From: an uncultured cyanobacterium
GTDB lineage: Bacteria; Cyanobacteriota; Cyanobacteriia; Cyanobacteriales; Cyanobacteriaceae
NCBI GenBank assembly: GCA_963710605.1
Contig: CAVQBA010000004.1
Location: 64,001 to 128,000, forward strand
DNA length: 64,000 nt
Reading direction: 5' to 3'
Part shown: in pieces, positions 22,404 through 33,638 of the stretch
Position numbering within the stretch: position 1 is the first letter of the stretch
Layout of the letters: every line of letters starts with the position of its first letter
Position numbers and translations under genes: made by a program
The notes under the pieces: model-generated
What the model was told of the DNA's origin: nothing
Database searches by the model: none
The model's input: only the letters and a program-made list of their open reading frames with translations

Positions 22404-24023
22404 ATGAATAAAATTATCGAATATACCGCTTCAATGGTAACTAATGATGGGGTTAAACTTGCTAGCGATATTTATCGCCTAGATACTAATCAGAAATTAC
22501 CTGTATTGTTGATGCGTCAGCCTTATGGTAAAACGATCGCTTCTACGGTAGTATATGCCCATCCTCGTTGGTATGCACAGAATGGCTATATTGTCGTTAT
22601 ACAAGACGTTAAAGGGAGAGGAGATTCTGAAGGAGAATTTGAACTTTTTAGCAATGAAATCAAAGATACAGAAGAGACGATTAATTGGGTAAGTCGGTTA
22701 GAGGGCAGTAATGGCAAGGTGGGAATGTATGGGTTTTCTTATCAAGGAATGACTCAACTTTACGGGGCGATTAGTCAGCACGAAGCCTTAAAAACTATTT
22801 GCCCGTCGATGGTGGCTTTTGATTTATACTCAGATTGGGCATACGAAAATGGTGTTTTTTGTTATCAAATAAATTTAGCTTGGGCAATACAATTAGCATT
22901 AGAAACTGCGCGTTTAAAACGTGATTTATCTGCTTATAAGTTACTTTATTTAGCTAGTCGTAATTTACCTGTTCATGACATTCCTTTGAATTTAGAAAAA
23001 GCCTTAAAAAAATATTGTCCTAGTAATTTTTATTATCAATGGTTAAATCATCCTGAAAAAGATCGTTATTGGCAAGATTTATCTCCTCAAACTTACTTTA
23101 AAAATATCGATTTACCGATGCTTCATATTGGTGGTTGGTTTGATCCTTATTTACGAGGAACTTTTAATTTATATCAACATATGAAATGTAAAAGTAAGTT
23201 TCAGCAATGTTTAGTTGTTGGTGCTTGGGGGCATATTCCTTGGGGTAACAGTCTAGGTAATCATTATTATACAACTGCTAATAATAACAATATTAATGAA
23301 TTACAAATAGCTTGGTTTGATAAATATCTAAAAGGAAAAGAAAACCCTAATTTTCCGAAGCAAAATATTAATTTATTTCAAATGGGTAGTAATCAATGGT
23401 TAAATTTTGATACACTCAATCGAAATAATACAACTACTTTTTATTTGAACAGTACGGGATTAGCTAATCTTCGTGATGATGATGGAAAATTAATTACTGA
23501 TAATCAGCTTAATAATAATCATAATGAGGATATAATCGTTCATGATTGGTGGCAATCGATTCCCAGTCTCGGCGGTCATGCTATGATACCTGCTGGTAGT
23601 TTCGATCGTAGTAAAATAGATAATTACAGTGATGTAATAACTTATACTTCTGCTTTTTTAACAGATGAATTAGATATTATCGGACAGATTAAATTAGAAC
23701 TTTTTTTAGAAGCCGATGCTGAAGAATTTGATTTGTCTGTGGTAGTTTCTCAGGTATTTACTGATGGCAAAGTCTATAATTTTACGCAAACACAAGCCAA
23801 AATAAAACAAGTAGATTTAGAAAAAGCGATCGTGATAAAATTACAACCTACTTGTATCAAATTAGCTAAAAATACAGCTCTTCGTTTAAGCTTGAGTACA
23901 GGTGCTTTTCCTGCTTATAAAGATTTAAGTATTGAAGAAAAGTTTAATGCTCAACCAATGACAATCAAAGTTTTATCAGGTAAACAAAAACCTTCACGAC
24001 TATTATTAGTTAACTTTAGTTAA
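22404..24023 (+). CDS. CocE/NonD family hydrolase
   Basis: 539 aa; RQPYG, QDVKGRGDSEG, GFSYQG nucleophile elbow, GGWFDP, GAWGH. Confidence 0.93.
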   Translation: MNKIIEYTASMVTNDGVKLASDIYRLDTNQKLPVLLMRQPYGKTIASTVVYAHPRWYAQNGYIVVIQDVKGRGDSEGEFELFSNEIKDTEETINWVSRLEGSNGKVGMYGFSYQGMTQLYGAISQHEALKTICPSMVAFDLYSDWAYENGVFCYQINLAWAIQLALETARLKRDLSAYKLLYLASRNLPVHDIPLNLEKALKKYCPSNFYYQWLNHPEKDRYWQDLSPQTYFKNIDLPMLHIGGWFDPYLRGTFNLYQHMKCKSKFQQCLVVGAWGHIPWGNSLGNHYYTTANNNNINELQIAWFDKYLKGKENPNFPKQNINLFQMGSNQWLNFDTLNRNNTTTFYLNSTGLANLRDDDGKLITDNQLNNNHNEDIIVHDWWQSIPSLGGHAMIPAGSFDRSKIDNYSDVITYTSAFLTDELDIIGQIKLELFLEADAEEFDLSVVVSQVFTDGKVYNFTQTQAKIKQVDLEKAIVIKLQPTCIKLAKNTALRLSLSTGAFPAYKDLSIEEKFNAQPMTIKVLSGKQKPSRLLLVNFS

Positions 24024-24033
24024 CGTCTATGAT

Positions 24034-24092
24034 TAGCATTGAACTTAAGTTCAAGGCTTAAATGAAATCGTTCAATAAATTGAACTAAAATT
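24034..24092. repeat. Dispersed palindromic repeat, related copy at 51794-51850
   Basis: TTGAACTTAAGTTCAAGGCT..TCGTTCAATAAATTGAACTAAAAT matches TTGAATTAAAATTCAAGGCT..TCGTTTAATAAATTAAACTAAAAT. Confidence 0.65.
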
Positions 24093-24215
24093 ATGTTTTA
24101 ACTATGCTGTTTTTTGCTATCAAATAATATTGACCAAATTAAAGAATATTTAATTCTCAATTGTTAATTGATATTGAACTAAACTGAAGTATTATCAACT
24201 CTCTCTTGGCACTGT

Positions 24216-24899
24216 TTACTGTTTCCATGCAGGGTGAGCAAACATCGCATCAATCACTCTTACACCTCTTAGTTGATTTGATAAGGGTAAATGCCCAACA
24301 GGTGCGTCTAAACTCCAAATAAACTCATGAGGATATTTAGTCCATTTGTTACCTGCTTTCCATTTTAATTTTGTCCATAGTTGAGTGTAATCTTTGCCTA
24401 ATGCTAACCACATTTTACGTTGAATCCGATAACCAAATTTACCTTCGGAATAGACTTGCCAAAGTTGATCGATCGTGTTTAAATCAGTGATAGAAAATTT
24501 TTCGACTTCGGTAAAATAAACCCATTTTCTCTCGATCGCATTTTTTCCTGCTAATTGACACAATTTTACTCTAGTTAAAGCATCGGCTTCCTGAAATTTT
24601 TGCTGTAGCAATAACTGTTGTAAATCTTGATAATCAAGCTCATTATCTGAATTAAAATTGACTAATCCGTGAGGATATTTTTCTTGAATAAAATCACAAT
24701 TGATTGTCGCTTCGCTTTTACTTAAAGTTAGAAAAGCTTTTCCCATTATTGGTGTAGCATCACCTTCACAGGAGTTTAAAAATTCTCTTAAAAATTGATA
24801 ACCGTCATCCCCTTGATTAACTATTTTTTCGATTAAAGGAAGTTTATTTTTATCATTTGTTGCCGTAAATTTTTCTTTAAGAATTTCTAAATTAGTCAT
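24216..24899 (-). CDS. gun4: GUN4 (Ycf53) porphyrin-binding Mg-chelatase activator
   Basis: 227 aa; RKWVYFTEV, DLNTIDQLW..YSEGKFG, APVGHLPLSNQLRG. Confidence 0.93.
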   Translation of the reverse strand: MTNLEILKEKFTATNDKNKLPLIEKIVNQGDDGYQFLREFLNSCEGDATPIMGKAFLTLSKSEATINCDFIQEKYPHGLVNFNSDNELDYQDLQQLLLQQKFQEADALTRVKLCQLAGKNAIERKWVYFTEVEKFSITDLNTIDQLWQVYSEGKFGYRIQRKMWLALGKDYTQLWTKLKWKAGNKWTKYPHEFIWSLDAPVGHLPLSNQLRGVRVIDAMFAHPAWKQ

Positions 24900-25105
24900 C
24901 TTTGTCTATGTTTTTAATATTATTAAATTAGATTCTTTATCTAATATTTATTAACGGAAAAAATAATTTATAGTTATTTGGGAATGTCTTATTAAGAGTA
25001 ACAGATCCAACTTATGATTGATGAAGCTAGGACAAAAAACTTAAACTTTTGTATTTAATCTCATTATATCTAAATCGTACACGAACGAATCTAACTGATT
25101 TTAAG

Positions 25106-25882
25106 CTAAGGTAATTGATTAGTAAAAGTAATTAGGTAAGCATAAGCACAAACAATAGCAAATACTGCACCGATAAAAGTATTGATAATATTAACAATTT
25201 CGTTAGTTAACCAAGTCAATTTTTCTTGTAAGGTAGCACCAATTACGCTTTCTATATTCGTTGCGACAAATGCCGCTAAGACACAAATAAAGACGGCTAA
25301 GATGTCAATTAAACCGATCGACCAAGCTAAGACCGAAATTACCACACTAGCTATGATACCAGCTAAAGTACCCTCTAAGCTAACTGCTCCTTCTGTGCCT
25401 CTTGGTACAGGTTGAAAATTAGTAATCAAAAAAGTACTTTTACCATAAACTTTACCAATTTCACTAGCACAAGTATCTGAAAGTTTAGTCGCAAAACTAG
25501 CCACATAACCAATCACAAATAAGGATTTATACTCAGTAGGAGCAAAAACCGCTCCTAAGGCACAGATAGTGGCAATTAAAGCACTACCCCAAACATTTTC
25601 AGGACCTCTTTTTCCTTCTCGTTTTTCAGCTATTCCCGCCGCTTCTTTTTGAGCCATACCGACACGAGTAATCCCTGAGCCAACTAAAAAGTAAAACATA
25701 ACTACTACGTAACCTTGCCATTGTAGGCATCCCCAGACAATTACTCCTAATACCCACGCATTGAGATAGCCCATTACGGTAAGTAGTTTTTTAGGTAATA
25801 TTAAGGCAATGACTAATAAAAAGGTATTGAGACAAATGGCAAATAACCAATGGTTATCAAATATCAATGAAAGGTTATTCAT
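25106..25882 (-). CDS. DUF92 (TIGR00297) membrane protein
   Basis: 258 aa; RGPENVWGS, KLSDTCASEIGK, GTEGAVSLEGT. Confidence 0.92.
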   Translation of the reverse strand: MNNLSLIFDNHWLFAICLNTFLLVIALILPKKLLTVMGYLNAWVLGVIVWGCLQWQGYVVVMFYFLVGSGITRVGMAQKEAAGIAEKREGKRGPENVWGSALIATICALGAVFAPTEYKSLFVIGYVASFATKLSDTCASEIGKVYGKSTFLITNFQPVPRGTEGAVSLEGTLAGIIASVVISVLAWSIGLIDILAVFICVLAAFVATNIESVIGATLQEKLTWLTNEIVNIINTFIGAVFAIVCAYAYLITFTNQLP

Positions 25883-26011
25883 ACAAAAAAATTGAGAATA
25901 TAATTACCATAATAAAGTGCTTCAGACGTATTTATGCTACGTCTGTACACCAGATTTTAATTATAAGTAATTTATTTAATTAAATAAAATTTTTGTCCGT
26001 CTAACTTTTTT

Positions 26012-26558
26012 TTAAACAGCAATCGATTTAGATAAATATCCCATTTTTTCTAAACCAGCAAATACTTTATTGACACTCTCGTCTAACTCTTCTAAATCAG
26101 TACGACATTCAATCTCTGGGTTTGTAGGTGGCTCATAAGGATCGCTTATACCTGTAAACATTTTGATTTCACCCGATTCGAGCTTTTTTGTATAAGCCTT
26201 TTACGTCTCTATCTTCACAAACAGATAAAGGTGCATTAACAAAAACTTCCACAAAATCACCAATTTTTTCTTTTAACTCTTCTCTAATAGCACGATAAGG
26301 AGAAATAGCGGAGACAAGTACGATTACTCCGTTACGAGTTAACAATTGAGAAACAAAACCAATACGACGAACATTAGTATCTCTATCTTCTTTGCTAAAA
26401 CCCAAACCTTTGGTTAAATTAGTCCGTACGATGTCTCCATCAAGTACTTCTAGTTTGTAACCTTCTTCTCTTAATTTAGCTTCTACTTTTTCGGTGATTG
26501 TACTTTTACCTGCACCGCTTAATCCGGTAAACCATAGTGTTACGCCTTTTTGTTCCAT
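26012..26558 (-). CDS. cysC: Adenylyl-sulfate kinase (frameshift near 26180)
   Basis: [29 protein letters not shown]-terminus [26 protein letters not shown] continues in another frame to 26012. Confidence 0.95.
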
Positions 26559-26768
26559 GATTTTCTCTAATTATTTTTACTAAAATTTAATCTGTCCTCA
26601 AGTATTGTACTAGTAACAATTGACAATTGACAATTGATACAGTTGATAGGGATTAGAAATTAGGTGTATTTGTGTTAAAGATTAGGGGAATGAAACTCTC
26701 AAAGTACTAATTCTCAACGACGCAGGCTACCACCGTAATTCTCAATTCTTATCTTATCTGTTCATTGT

Positions 26769-27695
26769 TTAAGATTTGATTGATGATAGATTACCAGCTA
26801 ATATTTTCAAATAGTCGTGTAATCGATCGATTGTAGCTTCTTTATCATCTTGGCAATGTTCACATATTTGATTAAGATTATCTAAAGACTGAAATAATGT
26901 CTGTGCTTGATCATTAATTTCTTCACTTTTATCTTCTAATATTGGGGTGATAGATTCTAAGGAGTCAAATAATTCTTGATATTGTTCTTGTAACTCACTA
27001 GAGCTACTATCAAATAAAAGTGCGATCGCTTCTGTTATGTTTGTGATGATATCTTGACTTCGATCGCCTAAATTTTGGATTTCGGGTTTAATTTCAGCAA
27101 ATTGACTTAAAAAATCTTCACTTTGTTCGCTGATAAAACTTTTGACTTCCTCATCATAAAATTCATCAAGATTATCTTTTTCTTCAGTTAAAACTTCTTG
27201 ATAATTTTGCAATCCTCTGAGCATGACGTTATTAATAAAGTCACCTGTATTTTCTAAATTTTGTTCTAATTGCGGTTCGATTTCGTTAACTTTTTCGTTA
27301 AAAGAAGTGACAATTGTTTCTAACTCTTCTAACTCATCATTAATATCTTGTTTGCTATCTTGCATTTTACCCACAGCATCAACCATATCTTGTTTGATTT
27401 CGATCGTTGATTGTTCGTTTTGCTCGATAAAACCATCAATTTTAGTTTCTAGATTTTCTAATTGCTCTAATCGTGATTGAGTATGATTGGTAAATTGTGT
27501 TTCTAAACGATCGATTTGTCTTAATAATGATTGTGCCGAATCCATTAAACTCGTCCATTGCGCGTCCATTACCGAATCACTTTGAGTTAGTAATTCTTCC
27601 AAATCTTCAATGTTATCATTAGTGGCTTTTTTTTCGGCTTCAAAACTTAACAAATTTTCGTAAGCTGAGGCGACTATATCAATAAAAATAGGCAT
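26769..27695 (-). CDS. Acidic helical/coiled-coil protein D' (putative paralog of 31606)
   Basis: 308 aa, E/Q/D/L-rich; MDAQWTSLMDSAQSLLRQI aligns with FDNNWDELSTRADGLLERI. Confidence 0.8.
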   Translation of the reverse strand: MPIFIDIVASAYENLLSFEAEKKATNDNIEDLEELLTQSDSVMDAQWTSLMDSAQSLLRQIDRLETQFTNHTQSRLEQLENLETKIDGFIEQNEQSTIEIKQDMVDAVGKMQDSKQDINDELEELETIVTSFNEKVNEIEPQLEQNLENTGDFINNVMLRGLQNYQEVLTEEKDNLDEFYDEEVKSFISEQSEDFLSQFAEIKPEIQNLGDRSQDIITNITEAIALLFDSSSSELQEQYQELFDSLESITPILEDKSEEINDQAQTLFQSLDNLNQICEHCQDDKEATIDRLHDYLKILAGNLSSIKS

Positions 27696-27816
27696 TTTTT
27701 AAATTTTTTAAGATAATTTTGGTGAAAGGGCAAAGGTAAATTAAAAGTTAAGAGGCAAAAGGCAAGAGGCAAGAGATAGTTGATAATTTTTCTTTTTTCA
27801 TTCTCAATTCTTAAAC

Positions 27817-28749
27817 CTACTCTTCATTGATTTGTTTTAAGGTTTCAACCATGTCATCACAAGTTGTTTGTAAATTTTCAGTGTGAGTGATTATATTTTC
27901 TGTACCTTCTGCTAACAACTCTTGTAACTCTTCAATACGATGTTGTTGCTCATCAATCGGTGTAAAAGAATCACTAACTAGGTTATTAAATTGGTTATTA
28001 GCATCTGTCAAAGATGACTGGTGTTGTTCTAAATTAGAACCATGATGATCACTAAATTGCTCAACTTGTGCAATAATTTGTTCAGAATTAAGCTTAATAT
28101 TTTCTGTTAATCTAGTTTCAAGTTCAGATAACTCTTGCTCGAAAACGGCTTCTATTTCATCGTTAATGTTTTCTTGGCTTGATTCTAATTCCTCTTCTAC
28201 TAAACTAATTTGCTCTTGTACCAAATCTTGGAAAGAATTAATTTTTTGTCCTAAAATATTGATTTCTTGTTCGGTAGAATCCCAAGCGATATCGATCGTG
28301 TTATTATGAGTTTCTAAATTTGACCATAACTGATTAAAAGTACCCACTCCTTGAGCCAAAATTTGCAAATGATTATCACCCATCGTCTCTAACTGTTGTT
28401 CAAATTGCTCAAAATAATCATTAATCGCCTCCATCGGCTCGGTTAACTCCTCTCTCTGCTCAAGCATACTTCGGTTTAGCTGTCGTATTTTTGCCCCCAC
28501 TCTTACCATCTGTGTTTGTAGAGAAGATTGCTCTGTAGCAACAAGGTTAGGAAAACTTTGTAGTTTAGATTGTACTTCTTGTAATACTTCGATCGTATCA
28601 GCTTGTTTAGTATTATTTTCGGTAATAATTTCAGCTAGGTTTTCACGAACATCATTAAGTTTTTCTCTCATCTGACTTGACTCTTCGGCTAGACGAGATT
28701 TCACCTCAGAAATATATTTTAAGTTAAAGATTAAATCTTCGTAATTCAT
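27817..28749 (-). CDS. Acidic helical/coiled-coil protein C' (putative paralog of 32651)
   Basis: 310 aa; KQADTIEVLQEVQSKL aligns with KQAQVTETLGEVQGAL; same length. Confidence 0.8.
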   Translation of the reverse strand: MNYEDLIFNLKYISEVKSRLAEESSQMREKLNDVRENLAEIITENNTKQADTIEVLQEVQSKLQSFPNLVATEQSSLQTQMVRVGAKIRQLNRSMLEQREELTEPMEAINDYFEQFEQQLETMGDNHLQILAQGVGTFNQLWSNLETHNNTIDIAWDSTEQEINILGQKINSFQDLVQEQISLVEEELESSQENINDEIEAVFEQELSELETRLTENIKLNSEQIIAQVEQFSDHHGSNLEQHQSSLTDANNQFNNLVSDSFTPIDEQQHRIEELQELLAEGTENIITHTENLQTTCDDMVETLKQINEE

Positions 28750-28770
28750 GTTTTTAGTCCTCTAATTTGG

Positions 28771-30486
28771 TTAAATAGCATCAAAACTTTGTAATGTTAA
28801 AGCTGATTTTTCTAGTGCTTCATTGGTGTAATTAAGAGCTTTTTTGGTTAATTGAAGTTGTTCATCTGTATGCTCAGAAGAGTCTTCTGTTGATTTGCTA
28901 TAGTTATTAATACTTTGAATTAAAGCAGTCAGGTTATCGTTTATCGGTTCAAATTCGTCAAGATTATCAAGCATTTTTGCTAAAACAGTTTCGATATTTT
29001 CTAAACCAGAGGTATGAATTTCATTAACGAAATTTTCGACTGTTTCCAAACTATTTTCTTGTAAATTTTGTAACGCATCAGTCAAATTATCACGAACACG
29101 TTTTAAGTTTTCGCTTGCCTTTACTTCTTGCTTCTGAGTAATATCTGTTTGCCATTTATCTAAAAATTGACCTAACTGATTATCACCATCGTCTAATGAT
29201 TTAATTAAAGAAGTGACATTATTTTCGTTAGTTAGAATTGATGATTCTAGTTGCTCATTCATCGCCACTAACGATTGACGAAAGGGAGTAAATGAGTCTT
29301 CCATATTTTCAGCAACAGTAGCTAAATCTTGCGGCACAGAAACATCACTATCATCATTACTTGAATTATCACTTAATACTCTGCCTTCTAAAATACTAGT
29401 AATCAAATTCTCAACTTTAGCTAATCTGTCGGTTAGGTTTTGTTTGTCACTCGCTAATTGTTCACTGGTATTATTTTGAGTATCCAGACTTTCTTGATTG
29501 ACGGTATCTAAATCAGTCATTAAGCTGGCTAAAAATTCACCAAAATTATCAAATTCTTCCGTATTTTGGTTTTGACTCGAATCTAATTGCTCTTCATTTT
29601 CAGCTAATTCAGCTTCAAGCGTTTCGAGAAAATCATTTAATTGTTGATTAGATTGTTCAACTTCAGTAATTTCTTCTTCTGCTTGTTCGTTGGTATCATC
29701 AAATAAACCATTCATTTCTTCTAAACCAGTTTCCAAGCCACCTAGTTGTGATTCAATATCATCAACTTGCTCGGAGGTTTCTTCTGCACCACCGCTACTA
29801 CCACTACCACCGCCACTACCACCGCCTAGCCCACCGCCACTACCGCTACCACCGCCAGTTTCTGATGCGTCAGATTTAACAGAGGGTTTACCAGAGTCGC
29901 TAGTGCTTACACCACCGTTTTGACTACTTGTACCTGTTTCACCGCTATTTTTACCACCATCAGCAGATTTATTCTCAGGAGAATCATTCGATTTTTTATC
30001 GGCTGTTTGTCGATCGCTTCTACCAGAAACAGAGTTATCATCTTTATTATTACCTGCCGAATTTTTGTCTGAAGATGATTTATTGTTAGAATCTCTATCA
30101 GCTTTGGTACGATCGTTATCATTACTATCTGTTTGACTAGTTTTGTCTCCTGTAGCTGATTGTTTGTTGCCTAAATCATTTAATTTATTTTGGGCTTGTT
30201 GTATTTCTTTTTGATTAGGTAATTTGCCTTCGGCGACATCGGTTGCTACTTGCCCTAAATATTTACCAATATCTAAAGCTTGTGCTTGCTCATCACCGCC
30301 TAAGTCTTTAGCTAAAGCGAGTATATCTTGACTGTTTTGTTGTAATTCGGCACTAATATTTTTAACTTCGGTTGAATTAGCTTGATTACCATCTCCTTTC
30401 AAACCGAATCCGACTAGGCTTCCTAATACTCCTAAACCACCTAAACTAGAAGCGACTAATTTCTTTGCTCTTTCTGTAATTTCCAT
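28771..30486 (-). CDS. Acidic helical protein B' with N-terminal hydrophobic segment and Ser/Gly/Asp-rich linker (putative paralog of 33639)
   Basis: 571 aa; LVASSLGGLGVLGSLVGFGL; GGGSGSGGGLGGGSGGGSGSSGG; C-terminal ~335 aa resembles 33639. Confidence 0.8.
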   Translation of the reverse strand: MEITERAKKLVASSLGGLGVLGSLVGFGLKGDGNQANSTEVKNISAELQQNSQDILALAKDLGGDEQAQALDIGKYLGQVATDVAEGKLPNQKEIQQAQNKLNDLGNKQSATGDKTSQTDSNDNDRTKADRDSNNKSSSDKNSAGNNKDDNSVSGRSDRQTADKKSNDSPENKSADGGKNSGETGTSSQNGGVSTSDSGKPSVKSDASETGGGSGSGGGLGGGSGGGSGSSGGAEETSEQVDDIESQLGGLETGLEEMNGLFDDTNEQAEEEITEVEQSNQQLNDFLETLEAELAENEEQLDSSQNQNTEEFDNFGEFLASLMTDLDTVNQESLDTQNNTSEQLASDKQNLTDRLAKVENLITSILEGRVLSDNSSNDDSDVSVPQDLATVAENMEDSFTPFRQSLVAMNEQLESSILTNENNVTSLIKSLDDGDNQLGQFLDKWQTDITQKQEVKASENLKRVRDNLTDALQNLQENSLETVENFVNEIHTSGLENIETVLAKMLDNLDEFEPINDNLTALIQSINNYSKSTEDSSEHTDEQLQLTKKALNYTNEALEKSALTLQSFDAI

Positions 30487-30645
30487 GTTTAATAATACTT
30501 CGGCTTTACTTTAACTGACGCGGAAACTGAGCGGAGTCGAAGTTTAGCACGAGTTGCTCAATATAAATAAATAATTAATAAATAGACTTTACTATCTGGT
30601 TTTTAGGTTTAACTGTTTGTTAAAATGCACAAAAATTAAACAATT

Positions 30646-31521
30646 TTAAAAAGAAACATTTAATCTATTTTTATATGATTCTAAATTTTCTAATAAGTGT
30701 TCTAAACTATCTATATTTTCGTTGACATTTTCGCTTAAATCATTACTTTTTTTCTCAATTGTTTCTTTGAGCTGTTCAACTTGCTCTTCAATTCTTTGGC
30801 TATCACTAACTAATAGCTCTTTTAATTCACTTTGTAAACGTTGTTGAACAAATTCTTCTATTTGCTCTTCTTGTTCGTTTAAATCGTCTTGAAAGTTCTC
30901 TATTTGTTCATTAGCGATCGTGATTAAACTAGGTAAATAATCTTTAAACTCTTCAAGTTTGGCGAGTAAATTATCTTTAAAATCAGTTAGTTTTTCAGCT
31001 AGATTTTCTTTTTGTTGATTAAAACTCTCACGCCAATTGTCATTAGTAGTTCTTAAATTATCTAATTGATCTAAAAGTTCTTCATTGTATTCAATTAAGT
31101 CTGTTTCTAGATTTTCGATTCTATTTGACCATTGATTGATATTATCTTTTAAACTTTGAGTTGAAAGTTCAATTTGTCGATCGATCGAATTAATTGTAGC
31201 TTGAAAATCTTGAGTTTGTTCTTGAGTATTAGCCATTAATTGTTCGGCTGTTTCTTCAACTAAATTAGCTTGATTTTCTAATTGATTTAGTTTTTCAGAG
31301 GCTAATTCAATTTGTTCGTCTAATTGCGTTTCGATATTTAACATTACCTGTGCTAAATTACTAGTTAAATTAGTAGTTTGTTCAGTGACGTTGTTAATTG
31401 TTTGTTGTAAGTTTTCGATCGTGCGGTTAATATTACTAAAAGAGCCTGAAGAAACTTGAACTTTAGAGTTCATTAACTCCATTCTTTCAGTAGCAATCTC
31501 GATTAATTCGTTAATTTTCAT
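30646..31521 (-). CDS. Acidic helical/coiled-coil protein A' (putative paralog of 34673)
   Basis: 291 aa; INELIEIATER aligns with INALIEQADER. Confidence 0.8.
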   Translation of the reverse strand: MKINELIEIATERMELMNSKVQVSSGSFSNINRTIENLQQTINNVTEQTTNLTSNLAQVMLNIETQLDEQIELASEKLNQLENQANLVEETAEQLMANTQEQTQDFQATINSIDRQIELSTQSLKDNINQWSNRIENLETDLIEYNEELLDQLDNLRTTNDNWRESFNQQKENLAEKLTDFKDNLLAKLEEFKDYLPSLITIANEQIENFQDDLNEQEEQIEEFVQQRLQSELKELLVSDSQRIEEQVEQLKETIEKKSNDLSENVNENIDSLEHLLENLESYKNRLNVSF

Positions 31522-31605
31522 AAGCAGAAATGGAAAATGAATGTAGAATGAATAACAATTAATAATTAATAATATGTAACTATTAACTATTAACTATTAA
31601 CTATA

Positions 31606-32511
31606 TTAGAAACGCTCAAGTAACTCTTTAACCTCCTCAAAAACGCCTAACGCAGTATTCAAACCGATATTCGTCGTATCCATCGCTGTCATTACAGTAT
31701 CTTTAGTGGTATCGACTGTGCCACCTAAATCAGAAACTAATTCACTCAAAGTAGTTAAAGCTGATTCTATATCTTCGGCAGTGGACATTAATTCTTCAAA
31801 TTGATCTTCTACACTACCTGTAAAGTCTTCTAATGCTGAGTTAGCCGATTCTTGAGTGGAGTTAGCTTGCTCTTGTGCTTGAGTACTTACATTCTCAGTG
31901 AATTCTTCAATTTGAGAGCTTAACTGAGATACCATTTCATTTACACGAGACACGGCTTCATCAGCTATTTGTTGTTCTGCTTCAACGGTTTGAGCTTCTA
32001 TTTCCTCTTGATTATTATTCATCGCTTCGGTGAAGTCGTTTTCTAAATCAGATTGTGATTCACTAATCGTTTCAGCTAAATCCGATTGTACTTCTTCGAC
32101 TTTCGTTTGCAGACTTTCGACGGTTTCACGTACAGTATTAAATACCTCTTGTAATTCTGATGATTTACTGTCGCTATCTTCACCTAAGGCGGTTAATTCA
32201 CCAACGGTTTCTTCTACTGTTTGACTGGTTTGCGATTGTATTGATTGAGTATTTGATTGTAAGTTATCTAAACCTTGACGTAAATTTTCACTTTCGCTAT
32301 CTAACTCATCTCTAGCACCAGAAATACGTTCTAATAAACCATCTGCCCTAGTTGATAACTCATCCCAGTTGTTGTCGAATTGCTCACTAACGGCCGCTAA
32401 TTCTTCTCTTGCTTGATTAAGATTTTCTTCAGCTTCATCAGCACGATTAAGCAATTCTTGAAGTTGGGTTACTGTTTCGGCAATACTTTGTTCTAAATCT
32501 ACACTAGCCAT
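31606..32511 (-). CDS. Acidic helical/coiled-coil protein D
   Basis: 301 aa; heptad-like, no Pro; AAGAGG RBS-like sequence upstream. Confidence 0.85.
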   Translation of the reverse strand: MASVDLEQSIAETVTQLQELLNRADEAEENLNQAREELAAVSEQFDNNWDELSTRADGLLERISGARDELDSESENLRQGLDNLQSNTQSIQSQTSQTVEETVGELTALGEDSDSKSSELQEVFNTVRETVESLQTKVEEVQSDLAETISESQSDLENDFTEAMNNNQEEIEAQTVEAEQQIADEAVSRVNEMVSQLSSQIEEFTENVSTQAQEQANSTQESANSALEDFTGSVEDQFEELMSTAEDIESALTTLSELVSDLGGTVDTTKDTVMTAMDTTNIGLNTALGVFEEVKELLERF

Positions 32512-32650
32512 GATTTTTTCCTCTTAAATAATAAATAATTGTCTTGAAAAATTGAATGTTACGTTTTAGCTTTTAGTTGTGGGGTGTTAGGTTTTAGTTG
32601 TTAATAAATTTAATTCTTAACTTTTAACTCTTAACTCTTAACTGTTAAGG

Positions 32651-33583
32651 CTATCCGAAATCAACACCAAACTTATCGGCGGCACTTCTAACTGAATCAA
32701 CACCGTTTTCGATCGGCTCTTTAAAACCATCTAATTGATCAATCAAATCACCAATTACTTCTCTGACACCTGCTGATTCTTCCTCCGCATCGGTTACTTT
32801 TTCCACCATGTCATCGATCGATGATGTTACTTGCCCAATAGCGGAGGCGATTAATTCTTGTAACTCAGTTTCGATTTCGGTTTGAGCTTTATCCATCAAA
32901 CCATCAACACCTCCTGATAATGCTTCAGAAGTTGACCCTAAAACATTACTAAAGCTTTCACCAACAGAGGCAAATTCTTCTGCCATGGTTTGAATATTGG
33001 TGGTGACAGTTTCTTGATTTTGTTCTACTTGCTCAGTAAAACTTTGGGCTTCTTCTTCCATTCTGCTACTGACATCTTCTAATTTGTCTCGCATTGTCTC
33101 CATCACTGCTAAAGCACTTTCCATGGCTGAAGCTAATTCATCTTGATTACCTTGAATTGCTTCTTGAGCGGTATTCAATATTGCCATCGCTTCTTCTTCC
33201 GCCATTTTGGTTGTGGAATTATCTTCCTCGATTTGAGTTTGATATTGACTAATTTTTTCGCTAGTAGCCGCTACTTGCTCCATTATTTGCTCTTTAGATT
33301 CATTTAAGAAACTTTCTAATTCATTAGCTGTTTCTTCAAAGCTAGTCACGTTTTCTTGGGTTTGAGTTTGGTTTTCGGCTATTTCTTCTTGCATTTCGCC
33401 TAATGCACCTTGAACTTCTCCTAGGGTTTCGGTTACTTGTGCTTGTTTTTCTTGAACATTACTAACTAATTCATCTGCTTCTGCTTGTACTTCTTCGGCT
33501 AATGTCATTAGGTTTTCTAAACGTTCGGGAAATTCGATGATTAGTTGAGATAATAGATTGAGGCTATCGCTTAATTCACTCAT
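32651..33583 (-). CDS. Acidic helical/coiled-coil protein C
   Basis: 310 aa; E/Q/A/M-rich heptads. Confidence 0.85.
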   Translation of the reverse strand: MSELSDSLNLLSQLIIEFPERLENLMTLAEEVQAEADELVSNVQEKQAQVTETLGEVQGALGEMQEEIAENQTQTQENVTSFEETANELESFLNESKEQIMEQVAATSEKISQYQTQIEEDNSTTKMAEEEAMAILNTAQEAIQGNQDELASAMESALAVMETMRDKLEDVSSRMEEEAQSFTEQVEQNQETVTTNIQTMAEEFASVGESFSNVLGSTSEALSGGVDGLMDKAQTEIETELQELIASAIGQVTSSIDDMVEKVTDAEEESAGVREVIGDLIDQLDGFKEPIENGVDSVRSAADKFGVDFG

Positions 33584-33638
33584 GATTATTAATTGGGTTA
33601 AAGATTGTGGTTATTGAATTGAGATTATGTAAATTAAT

